Assembly (NCBI GenBank): GCA_963782195.1
Contig: CAWAIN010000005.1
Coordinates: 538,858 to 602,857, forward strand
Source of the DNA: an uncultured Pseudomonadota bacterium
GTDB lineage: Bacteria > Pseudomonadota > Alphaproteobacteria > Rhizobiales > Beijerinckiaceae
Reading direction: 5' to 3'
DNA length: 64,000 nucleotides
Of this stretch, positions 1 through 10,133 are shown one piece after another. The stretch's first letter is position 1. Every line of letters starts with the position of its first letter. The notes under the pieces are model-generated. The model had not been told where the DNA came from, made no database searches, and worked only from the letters and a program-made list of their open reading frames with translations. Made by a program: the position numbers and the translations under genes.

Positions 1-147
1 ACGCATCTTCTCGGCAAGGGCGGCGATCTGCGAACGATCCAGGAATTGCTTGGCCACGCGTCGCTTTCGACGACGCAGATCTATACGGCAATCGATTCCG
101 CGCGACTGCTCGAAGCCTATCGGGGCGCCCATCCCCGCGCCCGCTGA
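1..147 (+). CDS. xerC: Tyrosine recombinase XerC, C-terminal end (partial, runs off window start)
   Basis: Manual frame-1 translation [48 protein letters not shown]; [13 protein letters not shown] catalytic box and AHPRA terminus typical of XerC. Not in ORF track. Confidence 0.85.
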   Translation, partial: THLLGKGGDLRTIQELLGHASLSTTQIYTAIDSARLLEAYRGAHPRAR

Positions 148-231
148 CCGGCGGAAGCGGAACTATATCCCTGCGGTTTTGTTAATCGGCTGTTGTTCGA
201 GGCGTCCGGAAACCTCGGAGAGGAGTCAGCG

Positions 232-735
232 ATGAGCGAATCGAAAGTGAAAGCCAACCTGAAATCGGCAGAGTCGAAACCGCACGATGCAGAAATTTCA
301 CGCGACCGTCTGGCGCAACTGCTGAACGAGGACCTGTCGCGAGAATATCAGGCGATCATTGCCTACGTCGTCTATTCGCAGGTGTTGAAAGGCGCTGAAT
401 ATATGAACATCGCCGATCAGCTTGAACTGCATGCCAAGCAAGAACTCGATCACGCGCTGACGCTCTCGCGGCTCATCGATTATCTTGGTGCGATGCCGAG
501 CGTAACGCCGAAGCCGGTGCGCACGTCCGAAAAAGCCAGGGAGATGCTGCGTTTCGACCTCGACAACGAGAACGAGACGATCCGGAATTACCGCCAGCGT
601 GTCCGTCAATGCGAACAGCTTGGTGAATACGCGATGGCCGAGCAAATTCGCCAAATTCTCGTGCAGGAGCAGGATCATCAGATCGATCTTGCGACCGCCC
701 TGGGCGAGGACGTGCCGAAACTCGACACCGTATAG
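232..735 (+). CDS. Ferritin-like / bacterioferritin-family di-iron protein
   Basis: AGGAG RBS before ATG 232; four-helix ferroxidase pattern SREYQAIIAY ... QELDH ... NENETIRNY ... QEQDH. Confidence 0.8.
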   Translation: MSESKVKANLKSAESKPHDAEISRDRLAQLLNEDLSREYQAIIAYVVYSQVLKGAEYMNIADQLELHAKQELDHALTLSRLIDYLGAMPSVTPKPVRTSEKAREMLRFDLDNENETIRNYRQRVRQCEQLGEYAMAEQIRQILVQEQDHQIDLATALGEDVPKLDTV

Positions 736-741
736 ACGCGA

Positions 742-1733
742 TTAACGCGCCAGTGCGCGCTTGACGGCGACTTCAACCTCGAGCTTCTGTTCCGGAGTCA
801 GCGAATTGAGAATGCCATCGAGCCAGGCATCTTTTTCGCCCGCGGCACTCGCCAACAGATGCCATTTCATAGCCTCGACAACGTTCTTTTGGATGCCGCG
901 GCCCAGCACCAGCAGCCGTGCCGCACGATCCTGTGCGACGACGTTATTGCGCGCCGCCGCCTTGAGGAAAAGACTCGCCGCAGCCGCTTCGTCCTTGGCG
1001 ACGCCAACTCCGTTGAACAACATGATTGCATATTCGACTTCAGCTGAAACCTGCCCTTCATCGGCGGCCTGCTTCATCCATTGTGCCGCCATGACATCGT
1101 CCTGCGGTGCGCCCTTGCCCTCGCGATAAAAGAGCGCCAGCGAATAAGCGGCGTCGGGTGAACCGAGCACGGCGGCGCGGCGGAAATAATCCGCCGCCTT
1201 GGGAAAGTCCGGAGCCTTTTTCGGCGTATCGAGCGCGAGCACGCCGAGATTATAAAGTGCGCCAGGATCGTCCATCGCCGCGGCTTTGGTAAAGAGCGCC
1301 GCCGCGCCATCGCGGTCCTGCGCGACGCCATTCCCGGTCAGCTTGGCGAGTCCGTAAAGAAAGATACCTTCCCGGTCGCCGTGCTCCGCAGCGGCTTTAT
1401 ACCAAGCGGCCGCCTCCCGCGCATTCGTCGGTACACCGAGACCCTGATCGAAAAGCTGGCCGATCAAGGTCATCGCGGGGCCATCGTTTGGATTGGCGGC
1501 CAGACGTTTGCGGGCCTCACCCAGAGCCGTGATGTAATAGCCGCGCTGATAGGCGCCGTAGGCGAGGTCGAGATTGGGATTGGCCGGGGCGCTCGTTTGA
1601 GGAGGAAGCGCCGGTGCTGGTTTGGCGATCAGGTCTGGAGCGGACAGCGGCGTGGCCGGCTTGCGCTGCGTAAACTCGGCTCGGCCGAAAAGGCGAGCAG
1701 CACGCAGCAGACCGAAAGTGCCAGCCTGTTCAT
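742..1733 (-). CDS. Secreted Sel1-repeat protein (apparent 1-nt frameshift at ~1672 after the signal peptide)
   Basis: Multiple Sel1 repeats (AMTLIGQLFDQGLGV, ALYNLGVL, AQVEYAIMLFNGVGV). ATG 1733 overlaps the upstream stop (ATGA) and encodes signal-like MNRLALSVCCVLLAFSAEPS in a different frame from the body. Confidence 0.75.
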
Positions 1734-2350
1734 GCGCCGGTTCGCCCGCGCGCCAGCAAACGATCGACCTCTGCGACTGCCGCGCCCGGACCACGCGGAT
1801 CGTCCCACACCGCCGTTTCAAGCGCGATGAAGTCGGCGCCCATCTCAACGAACCCCGCGACCTCCGCGATCTCGCGCGCATAAGCGACGCAAGGCAGATT
1901 GAATATCTCCGCCCACCAGGCGATGCGCTCGCGAATTTCCCCAAAGGCCTGCGAGCTGTCGGGACCGCCGAACATCAGATAATCAGCACCCGACTCGCCC
2001 GCGACCATCGCGTCGTCGCGGCTGACAAGGCCGCCGACGCCGACGATATGATTGGGCTTCATTGCTTTCAACGCGACCTCAAGCGCCTCGCCCGGCGCCG
2101 GAACATGCACGCCGTCAGCTTCAACTGCTGCTGCCAATTGCGGATCGCCGATAAGGCAGGCAACGCCACGTGGCTGCGCGAGCGCCAAAATTTTTTTTGC
2201 GATGGCGCTGGCATCCGCCCGTGGGTCGAAACGCAGCAAAACGCAGGCGACGTCGGCCGCCGCAAGCGCTGCTTCAAACGGCGCGGCAAAAGCCGCCGCA
2301 TCAATGAGCGGCGGCGTAATCAGGTAAAGGCGTGGCGCATCCTCGGACAT
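1730..2350 (-). CDS. thiE: Thiamine-phosphate synthase-like (TMP-TENI) protein
   Basis: RLYLITPP, DGVH, SRDDAMVAGESGADYLMFG, WWAEIFNLPCVA, GADFIAL motifs of the rhizobial ThiE-like family. Confidence 0.7.
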   Translation of the reverse strand: MSEDAPRLYLITPPLIDAAAFAAPFEAALAAADVACVLLRFDPRADASAIAKKILALAQPRGVACLIGDPQLAAAVEADGVHVPAPGEALEVALKAMKPNHIVGVGGLVSRDDAMVAGESGADYLMFGGPDSSQAFGEIRERIAWWAEIFNLPCVAYAREIAEVAGFVEMGADFIALETAVWDDPRGPGAAVAEVDRLLARGRTGA

Positions 2351-2468
2351 CAGGAATTCTGCTTCCATGCGCCGCCGAGCGGGGGCGCGCCAAAACTCCT
2401 CGCCAAAAAATGGGGCGAAAGCGCGGTAGCCTCAGGTCGAAAACCGCTCCGCACTTTCGGTCCGGTAC

Positions 2469-3491
2469 TCAGGCCGCAGCTTTCTCCAGCGATTCCGACC
2501 ATTGGCCGAGCGCAGCAAGGCTGTTCATGTGAGCGCGGTGGGTGAAAGCCGCTTGCGCCGCCCCGACATTGGCAGGCTTGCCCGACCAGGCCTTCTGCGG
2601 CGCTGCCTGCAGGGCGCGGCCGTATGAGAAGGTCATCGGCCACGGCGGGGAGGCGCGCACGATCGCGTCGAGGTTGGCGGTGGCGTCGAAGTCGGATTGG
2701 CCACCGGACAGGAAGGCAATGCCCGGCACCGCAACCGGCACGCTGTTCTTGAACAACCGGATGGTCGCGGCAGCGACCTCCTCCGGGCTCGCCCGATGGC
2801 CGGATTTCATCCCCGGCACGACCATGTTGGGCTTCAAGACAATGCCTTCGAGGAAGACGCGAAGATCATAAAGCGCGGTGAAGACCGTGCGCAGCACCGC
2901 CTCGCTCACCTCGTAGCAGCGGTGCAGCGAATGATCGCCGTCCATCAGCACTTCCGGCTCGACGATCGGCACAATATTGGCCTCCTGGCAGAGCGCCGCG
3001 TAACGCGCCAGCGCCTCGGCATTGGCGAGGATCGCACCGCGTGTCGGAATGCCGTCGGCAATGTCGATAACGGCGCGCCATTTCGCAAAGCGGGCACCAA
3101 GCTCGTAATATTCTTTCAGGCGCCCAGCGAGACCATCAAGACCTTCGGTAATCGTCTCGTGCGGGAAGCCTGGAAGCGGTTTCGCACCGGCATCGACCTT
3201 GATGCCGGGAAGCGAACCGGCCTTTTCGATCAAAGTGACAAGCGGCGTGCCGTCGACCGCTTTTTGCCGGATCGTCTCGTCATAGAGAATGACGCCGGAA
3301 ATATATTTCTGCATCGCCTGGGTCGAACGGAACAGCAATTCGCGATAATCGCGCCGCGAGTCGGCGGTCGATTCGACGCCGATTGCGGAAAACCTTTTGG
3401 CAATGGTCGAAGAACTCTCATCCGCCGCCAGAATACCCCGGCCTGGGGCAACCAAAGCCTGCGCCGTCTGCGCGAGTTGCTGCTCGTTCAC
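2469..3491 (-). CDS. fba: Fructose-bisphosphate aldolase class I
   Basis: GILAADES, GIKVD, RFAKWRAV, VPIVEPEV, LKPNMV, FLSGGQS, FSYGRALQ. Confidence 0.95.
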   Translation of the reverse strand: MNEQQLAQTAQALVAPGRGILAADESSSTIAKRFSAIGVESTADSRRDYRELLFRSTQAMQKYISGVILYDETIRQKAVDGTPLVTLIEKAGSLPGIKVDAGAKPLPGFPHETITEGLDGLAGRLKEYYELGARFAKWRAVIDIADGIPTRGAILANAEALARYAALCQEANIVPIVEPEVLMDGDHSLHRCYEVSEAVLRTVFTALYDLRVFLEGIVLKPNMVVPGMKSGHRASPEEVAAATIRLFKNSVPVAVPGIAFLSGGQSDFDATANLDAIVRASPPWPMTFSYGRALQAAPQKAWSGKPANVGAAQAAFTHRAHMNSLAALGQWSESLEKAAA

Positions 3492-3531
3492 CGCTCTTCC
3501 CTATCGGTTCGTGACAAAATTCGGCGCCCGA

Positions 3532-4755
3532 TTAAAGCCGCCGCGAATTAACCCGCAATGCCTCGACGCCCGGAAGCTCCTTGCCCTCCAGCCATTCAAG
3601 GAAGGCACCACCCGCCGTCGAAATATAAGTGAAATCCTTGGCCGCGTCCGACTTGTTCAGCGCCGCGATCGTATCGCCGCCACCAGCGATGCTTTCAAGC
3701 TGGCCGGACATGGTGAAACGCGCGGCGGCCTTCGCGATGGCATTCGTGCCGGCATCGAACGGCGAAATCTCGAAAGCGCCGAAGGGGCCATTCCAGACAA
3801 GCGTGCGGGCCTTCTCGATCAGGGTTTCGACCCGCGCCGCGGATGTCGGCCCGATATCGAGAATCATATCCTCGTCGCCGATCTCATCGATCGGGACGAC
3901 ACGCGATGGCGCGCCGGCGGCAAACTTTTGCGCGACAACAGCATCAACGGGCAGAACGATCTCGCAATCTTCCGCCGCCGCGTCCGCCATGATTTTGCGG
4001 GCGACGTCGGCCAGATCCATTTCGCAGAGCGATTTGCCAATCTTCTTGCCCTGCGCGGCAAGGAAGGTGTTGGCCATGCCGCCGCCGATGACAAGGATAT
4101 CGACGCGACGCATCAGATTGCCGAGCAATTCGAGCTTGGTTGATACTTTTGCGCCGCCGACGATCGCCATCACCGGACGCACCGGGTGCGAAAGCAGATT
4201 GGTCAAAATCTCAAGTTCGACCTGCATCGAGCGGCCCGCGAAAGACGGCAGGCGGCGCGCCAGACCTTCCGTCGAGGCATGAGCGCGGTGCGCGCAGGAA
4301 AACGCGTCATTGACGTAGACATCGCCAAGCGCAGCGAGCTTATCGAGGAAGGTTTCGTCGTTTTTTTCTTCGCCGGCGTGAAAGCGGGTGTTTTCGAGCA
4401 GGAGATACTCGCCGTTCTTCAGCGCTTCGACGGCCCTCTCGGCGTCGGGACCCACGCAATCCGCGGCAAAGGCGACAGGCTTGCCGAGCCGCGCCGACAG
4501 TTCAGCAACAACCGGGCGCAGCGAATATTTTTCTTCCCGGCCCTTCGGGCGGCCGAGATGCGAAAGGATGATGACCTTCGCTCCCTTCGCCGAGATCTCC
4601 TGCAGATTGGGCAGGATGCGATCGATCCGCGTCGCATCGGCGATTTTTTCGCCATCCATCGGCACGTTGAGGTCAACGCGGATCAGGACCCTTTTCCCGG
4701 CCAGCTCGGCATCGTCCAAAATCGGAAAAGGTGAAAGCGGTGCTGTCCGTGTCAT
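3532..4755 (-). CDS. pgk: Phosphoglycerate kinase
   Basis: [61 protein letters not shown]; ATG 4755 overlaps the gap stop. Confidence 0.97.
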   Translation of the reverse strand: MTRTAPLSPFPILDDAELAGKRVLIRVDLNVPMDGEKIADATRIDRILPNLQEISAKGAKVIILSHLGRPKGREEKYSLRPVVAELSARLGKPVAFAADCVGPDAERAVEALKNGEYLLLENTRFHAGEEKNDETFLDKLAALGDVYVNDAFSCAHRAHASTEGLARRLPSFAGRSMQVELEILTNLLSHPVRPVMAIVGGAKVSTKLELLGNLMRRVDILVIGGGMANTFLAAQGKKIGKSLCEMDLADVARKIMADAAAEDCEIVLPVDAVVAQKFAAGAPSRVVPIDEIGDEDMILDIGPTSAARVETLIEKARTLVWNGPFGAFEISPFDAGTNAIAKAAARFTMSGQLESIAGGGDTIAALNKSDAAKDFTYISTAGGAFLEWLEGKELPGVEALRVNSRRL

Positions 4756-5759
4756 CCAAGTTTCCCCATCGCCACTGCCGTATCCGCCATCCGATTGGAG
4801 AACCCCCATTCGTTATCATACCAGGAGACGACACGCACAAAAGTGCCATCGATGACCCGAGTTTGATCGACATGGAAAACGGATGAATGCGGATCGTGAT
4901 TGAAATCAACCGACACGTTCGGACTGTCGGTGAAACCGAGAATGCCCTTCAGCTGCTGCGCGGCGGCAAGCTTGATGGCATCGGTAATTTCGCCGGGCGT
5001 CGTCGTGCGCTTGGCGACAAATTTGAAATCGATCATCGACACATTCGGCGTCGGAACGCGAATTGACGAGCCATCGAGCCTACCCTTGAGCTCGGGCAGG
5101 ACGAGACCGACGGCCTTCGCCGCCCCCGTCGTCGTCGGAATCAACGAAAGGGCCGCCGCGCGCGCCCGATAGAGATCCTTGTGCAGCGTGTCGAGCGTCG
5201 GCTGATCGCCGGTATAGGAATGGATCGTCGTCATGAAACCGTGCTCGATGCCAATGGCGTCGTTGAGCACTTTGGCGACGGGCGCCAGGCAGTTTGTGGT
5301 GCAGGAGGCGTTCGAAACGACGCGATGCTCGGGCAAAAGCTTATCGTGGTTCACGCCATACACGACTGTCAGATCCGCTTCATCGGCTGGCGCCGAAACA
5401 AGAACGCGCTTCGCGCCCGCCTTCAAATGCGCCGAGGCTTTCGCCTTCGACGTGAACACGCCGGAACATTCGAGCACAATGTCGACGCCGAGCGCGCTAT
5501 GCGGGAGTTCAGCCGGGTCGCGCACTGCCGTTACCTTGATCGGGCCGAGGCCGATGTCGATGGTGTCGCCATCGACTTTTACCTCGCCGGGGAAACGCCC
5601 ATGCACGGAGTCAAAACGCAAAAGATGCGCATTGGTTTCGACCGGACCCAGATCGTTGATGGCGACAACGTTTATGTCCCGGCGTCCGGACTCGGCAATA
5701 GCCCGCAGAACATTGCGGCCGATGCGTCCAAAGCCGTTGATTGCAACATTCACCGCCAT
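4752..5759 (-). CDS. gap: Glyceraldehyde-3-phosphate dehydrogenase type I
   Basis: [30 protein letters not shown]. Confidence 0.98.
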   Translation of the reverse strand: MAVNVAINGFGRIGRNVLRAIAESGRRDINVVAINDLGPVETNAHLLRFDSVHGRFPGEVKVDGDTIDIGLGPIKVTAVRDPAELPHSALGVDIVLECSGVFTSKAKASAHLKAGAKRVLVSAPADEADLTVVYGVNHDKLLPEHRVVSNASCTTNCLAPVAKVLNDAIGIEHGFMTTIHSYTGDQPTLDTLHKDLYRARAAALSLIPTTTGAAKAVGLVLPELKGRLDGSSIRVPTPNVSMIDFKFVAKRTTTPGEITDAIKLAAAQQLKGILGFTDSPNVSVDFNHDPHSSVFHVDQTRVIDGTFVRVVSWYDNEWGFSNRMADTAVAMGKLG

Positions 5760-6275
5760 AAACGTCCGCTCCTCTTGGGCGCATAAAGCGCAGGCCTAGG
5801 TTAGCGCCATCTTGTTATGCAGATGAGCGCCGGTTTGGAAGTCAATTCGTCTGCAAATTATCCAATCGTGTGTGATTCGCCGTGCTCGTTGCCGGCGAAA
5901 CGCGCCGCTGTGAGATAAATATAGAAATTTTTCAGATAGTTAAGATCTAGCCCGACAGCAAAATCGGCGAGATTTCGTGCCTTGTGGGCTGCCGCAGATT
6001 TCACCAATCCTCCTCCGTTCGACGCGCGGGCGGAGCCGCGCGGTCCTAAACACGCCAAAGCGGCGTTTTGTTTCGCTCAAACTGCCACGCCCAAGTTATT
6101 GGCAATTGGTCGAAACCAAATTGCTGCACCGCACGCAATATAGACGTGTAGCAAACCCGCCGCATATCGTTTAAGTATCGGTTCGTCCACGTGAATTGGC
6201 TGTGAATAGATTGGCACCAACATTGACGCGGTAAATGAACCGGCGCCTAATTGGTAATTCGTGGATTGAATTTCG

Positions 6276-6557
6276 ATGACAAGTGCCAATCGACTAGATC
6301 ATGCGCTGAAGCGCCTTACGGTTGCGTTGGATCAACTTGAGGCGGCGACCGAACGTCGTTTGAAAACGGCCGCGCAGCGCACCGACATCGAAGAAGAGTT
6401 TGCTGTGCTGCAGGATGACCGCGCGCGGCTCGCCGTCGAGCTTGACGGCGCGGTGGCGCGCTCGCAATCTCTCGAATTGGCGAATAACGAGGTTGCGCGC
6501 CGGCTTGCGAAGGCGCGTGAGACGATCGAAGAGATGATATCGCATGTCGTGATGTAA
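6276..6557 (+). CDS. DUF4164-family coiled-coil protein
   Basis: ALDQLEAA ... LQDDRARLAVELDGAVARSQSLELANNEVARRL; located immediately upstream of zapA as in other rhizobia. Confidence 0.75.
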   Translation: MTSANRLDHALKRLTVALDQLEAATERRLKTAAQRTDIEEEFAVLQDDRARLAVELDGAVARSQSLELANNEVARRLAKARETIEEMISHVVM

Positions 6558-6578
6558 GCGTCTGTGGGGGTGTGCGTC

Positions 6579-6947
6579 ATGGCTCAAGTAACAGTTACCA
6601 TCGCCAAGCACGTTTATAGGGTCGCCTGTGGCGAGGGCGAAGAAGCGCATCTGCAAGGTCTTGCCCGGCAAATCGACCAGCGGATCGAAAAGCTCAAAAA
6701 GGATTTCGGCGAAATCGGCGATCAGCGGCTGACCATCATGGCGGCCATCACGATCGCCGACGAGCTCGTCGAAGCCAAGCGCCGGATTACCGAACTCGAC
6801 GTCGAAATTCTCAATCTCACGTCGAAAGAGACGGACCGGACGAGCGAGCACGACGAATGGGCGGATCGGCTGGCCAATTCGATCGGCGAGACCGCCGCGC
6901 GTGTCGAGCGCGTGGCACAAAATCTCAACACGCTCAGTCGCGGCTAG
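6579..6947 (+). CDS. zapA: Cell division protein ZapA
   Basis: MAQVTVTI..YRVACGEGEEAHL..LA, FGEIGDQRLTIMAAITIADEL. Confidence 0.9.
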   Translation: MAQVTVTIAKHVYRVACGEGEEAHLQGLARQIDQRIEKLKKDFGEIGDQRLTIMAAITIADELVEAKRRITELDVEILNLTSKETDRTSEHDEWADRLANSIGETAARVERVAQNLNTLSRG

Positions 6948-7015
6948 GCGGTTTTTCAGGCAGAATGATCGATAGCGCTGCGAGTCGCGGCGCCTGAGTG
7001 CTTGCGCCCGACATC

Positions 7016-10000
7016 ATGCCCCCCAAAAACGTCTTCACCATCGCGCCGGGCGCGCCGTTTCTCGAATGTTTTGTCGGCGCGCTTCTTGACGGCCGAATCG
7101 TCGCAGGTTTTTCCCGCGCCCTGAGCGCGCTCGAACTCGCCGATGCGACGATCTATGTGCCGACGCAACGCGCGGCGCGCGCACTTGCCGATGAATTCGC
7201 CCGCGCGCTCGGACGACCAGCGACCCTCCTGCCCCGCATCCTGCCGCTCGGCGGCCTTGAGGCCACGGAGAACGATTTACTCTTCGCGATGCCGGGCTTT
7301 GCCGCGGATGCGAGCCTGCCTCAAGCCGCCGGCGATATCTGGCGGCGGATGCAGCTCGCGCGTCTCGTCCATATCTGGGCAAAAGCACTGCAAGGTGCCG
7401 TCATCTCGATCGATGCAAACGGCCGGCGCGACGCCGACCCACGCGAACCCTGCCTTGTCGGCACATCCGCGGCGGATGCCTGGCATCTCGGCGGCGAGCT
7501 GGCCGCTCTGATCGACGAAATGATCATCGAAGATGTTGCCTGGGAAAAGCTCGATCCGCTCGTCCTGCCCGACTTCGATCAATATTGGCGCATCACGCTC
7601 GATTTCCTGAATATCGCGATCAATGAATGGCCGAAGATTTTGGCCGACCACGATCTGATCGACGCGGCGCGGCGGCAGGTTCTCCTGGTCGATGCGCAAA
7701 TCGCGCAAATCCAGGCAAGGCAGACCAAAGGCCCGATCATCGCCATCGGTTCGACTGGCACCAATCGAGCAACGGCGCGGCTGCTTGCAGCATTGGCCGC
7801 GGCGCCGAACGGCGCTGTTGTCCTCCCGGGGCTCGACCAAAATCTTGACGAGACGGCGTGGCGGCAGATCGGCGCGCAAGACGTTGGCGATCCCGGCTTC
7901 GGCCATCCGCAAGCGGCGCTGCGCCGCCTGCTATCAATCCTCGGCGTGTCACGCGATGAGGTGACGGAGCTTGGCGCACCAGCGCCGGTCAGCAACGCCC
8001 GTTCACGCGTCGTGTCCGAAGCCTTGCGCCCGGCAGATACGACCGAGGAATGGACTGCGTTCCGCACGTCGCCGGCCTTTTCGCAGATCGATGCGGCGCT
8101 CGAAGGCGTCAGTCTTATCGAAGCCGCTGACGAGCGCGAGGAAGCTTTGGCGCTCGCGATCGTTCTGCGCGAAGTGCTGGAGACGCCCGGCGCGACAGCG
8201 GCGCTAGTAACGCCCGACCGGGATCTCGCCCGCCGGGTCGGTGCGGAACTGACGCGTTTCGGCATCGAGATTGATGATTCGGCGGGCGAACCCCTGAACG
8301 CCAGCGCCGCTGGCAGCCTGGCGTTGCGGACGCTCGACGCCGCAATCCATGGCGAAGGCGCCGACCTTGTCGCCCTGCTCAATCATCCGATGACACGGCT
8401 CGGACTTCAGGCGCGAAGACGTTCTCGAACGCGCGCCGCTGTTCGAGATCGGCATGTTGCGGCAGGAGCGCAAAGTCTCAACGTTCCCGACGCGCGACGT
8501 GGCCGTCGCCGCCTATCGCAAAGACGCGCAAGGCCCGTTCGCGCATCCGGCGCAAAAGGCGCTTGACGACGCGGATTGGACAAAGATCGCCGATCTGCTT
8601 GAGCGGCTCGAAGGCGCCCTTGCACCGCTCAAGACCATCGCCGACACGCAAGATTTGCAGACATGGATTGGCGCACACCGCGCCGCGCTCGCCGCCATCG
8701 CCAATGCAGACGGATTGCGGGGCGACGATGCAATCGCGCTCGAAGATCTTTTCGACGACCTTATCCAGGCGCAAGCGCCGGAGCTGCGCTTCGACGCGCA
8801 GAGCTACGGCATCTTTCTGGCGCAAGTGATGGGCGAACGCGTTCTGCGCCGCGCCCGGCGCACGCATCCCCGGCTCAAGATTTTCGGCCTGCTCGAAGCC
8901 CGGTTGATGCCGGCAGATGTGATTCTGCTTGGCGGACTCGATGAGACGGTCTGGCCGCCGCAGGCGCAAAGCGATGCGTTTCTCAATCGGCCGATGCGTC
9001 AGGCGCTTGGCCTGACACCGCCGGAACGGCGGATTGGCCAGACGGCGCATGATTTCGTCATGGCGATGGGGCACAAGCGCGTCATCCTTAGCCGCGCCAA
9101 GAAACGCGACGGGACGCCGATGGTCGAATCGCGTTTCGTGCAGCGGCTCGCGGCTTTGGCGGGCGATGCTTTCAAAGTCTGCCGCAAGGAAGGCGGACGT
9201 TATATCGATCTTGCCCGCGCGCTCGATCGCCCCCATTTCGAAATGCCGCCGATCAAACGCCCCGCTCCGAAGCCGCCGCTTGATCTGCGGCCACGCCGTC
9301 TCAGCGTGACGCGGATCGAGACATTGCGGCGCGATCCTTACGCGATCTACGCCGAATTTTGCCTGAACCTGCGCGAACTGCCTCAGCCGGCCGAGGTCGG
9401 CGACCGGCCCAACATCGGTAACCTTTTGCATTCGACCCTAGAAAACTTCGGCCAGCTTTATGCCATCGGCGTGTTACCGGAAGACGCCGCGACAATCTTC
9501 TCCGAAATACTTGACGTGAAGTTCAAGGATGAGCGCGACGATCCTGACTTCGCTGCCTTCGCATGGCCGCGCTTACAAGCGGCCGCCGCCTTTTATCTCA
9601 ACTTCGAATTACGGCGCCGCCCAAAGCTGACGAAGATCGATGTCGAAAGCAAAAGCACGATCGACATCGCGCTCGGCGACGGCACGGTCTTTACATTGTC
9701 AGCTACGGCCGACCGGATCGAGCATCACGGCGACGGCCGTGTCAGCCTTATCGATTACAAGACCGGCACGCCGCCGAGCGTGAGCGAAGTGCGCGTCGGC
9801 TTCGCGCCGCAATTGACGCTTGAAGCGGCGATGGCGCGACGTGGCGCGTTTGGACTCGCTGAAGGCACTGAGGTTGCCGAGGCGATTTATGTGAAGCTCT
9901 ACGCGCGCGACGGCGGGACCGAGCGGCCACTTATATTCAAGAACCCGCCCGAACCCCTGGCCGAAATTTCGGAAAAGCATTTCAACGAGCTTGTCGCGCT

Positions 10001-10133
10001 GCTCAATCAGTTTCGCGATCTGGCGACGGGCTATCCTGCCCGGCCCTATCCCAAGTTCGCCGCACGCTACAATGCCTACGACCATTTGGCGCGCGTCAAA
10101 GAATGGGCCGCGGGCCGCGAGGACGGCGCGTGA
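7016..10133 (+). CDS. addB: Double-strand break repair protein AddB (apparent +1 frameshift at ~8410)
   Basis: NVFTIAPGAPFL, IAIGSTG, GLDETVWP, RRLSVTRIETLRRDPYAIYA, DRIE/IDYKTG nuclease motifs; the two ORF halves join as LGLQ/REDVLERAPLFEIG. Confidence 0.9.

Noticed and set aside
1-147. xerC as the integrase of the tRNA-Ala islet
   Set aside because: It is the housekeeping chromosome-dimer resolvase, 41 kb away; no dif-like site recognised at the islet ends.
6948-7015. 6S RNA (ssrS), which often follows zapA
   Set aside because: Only 68 nt separate zapA from addB; no room for or resemblance to 6S RNA.
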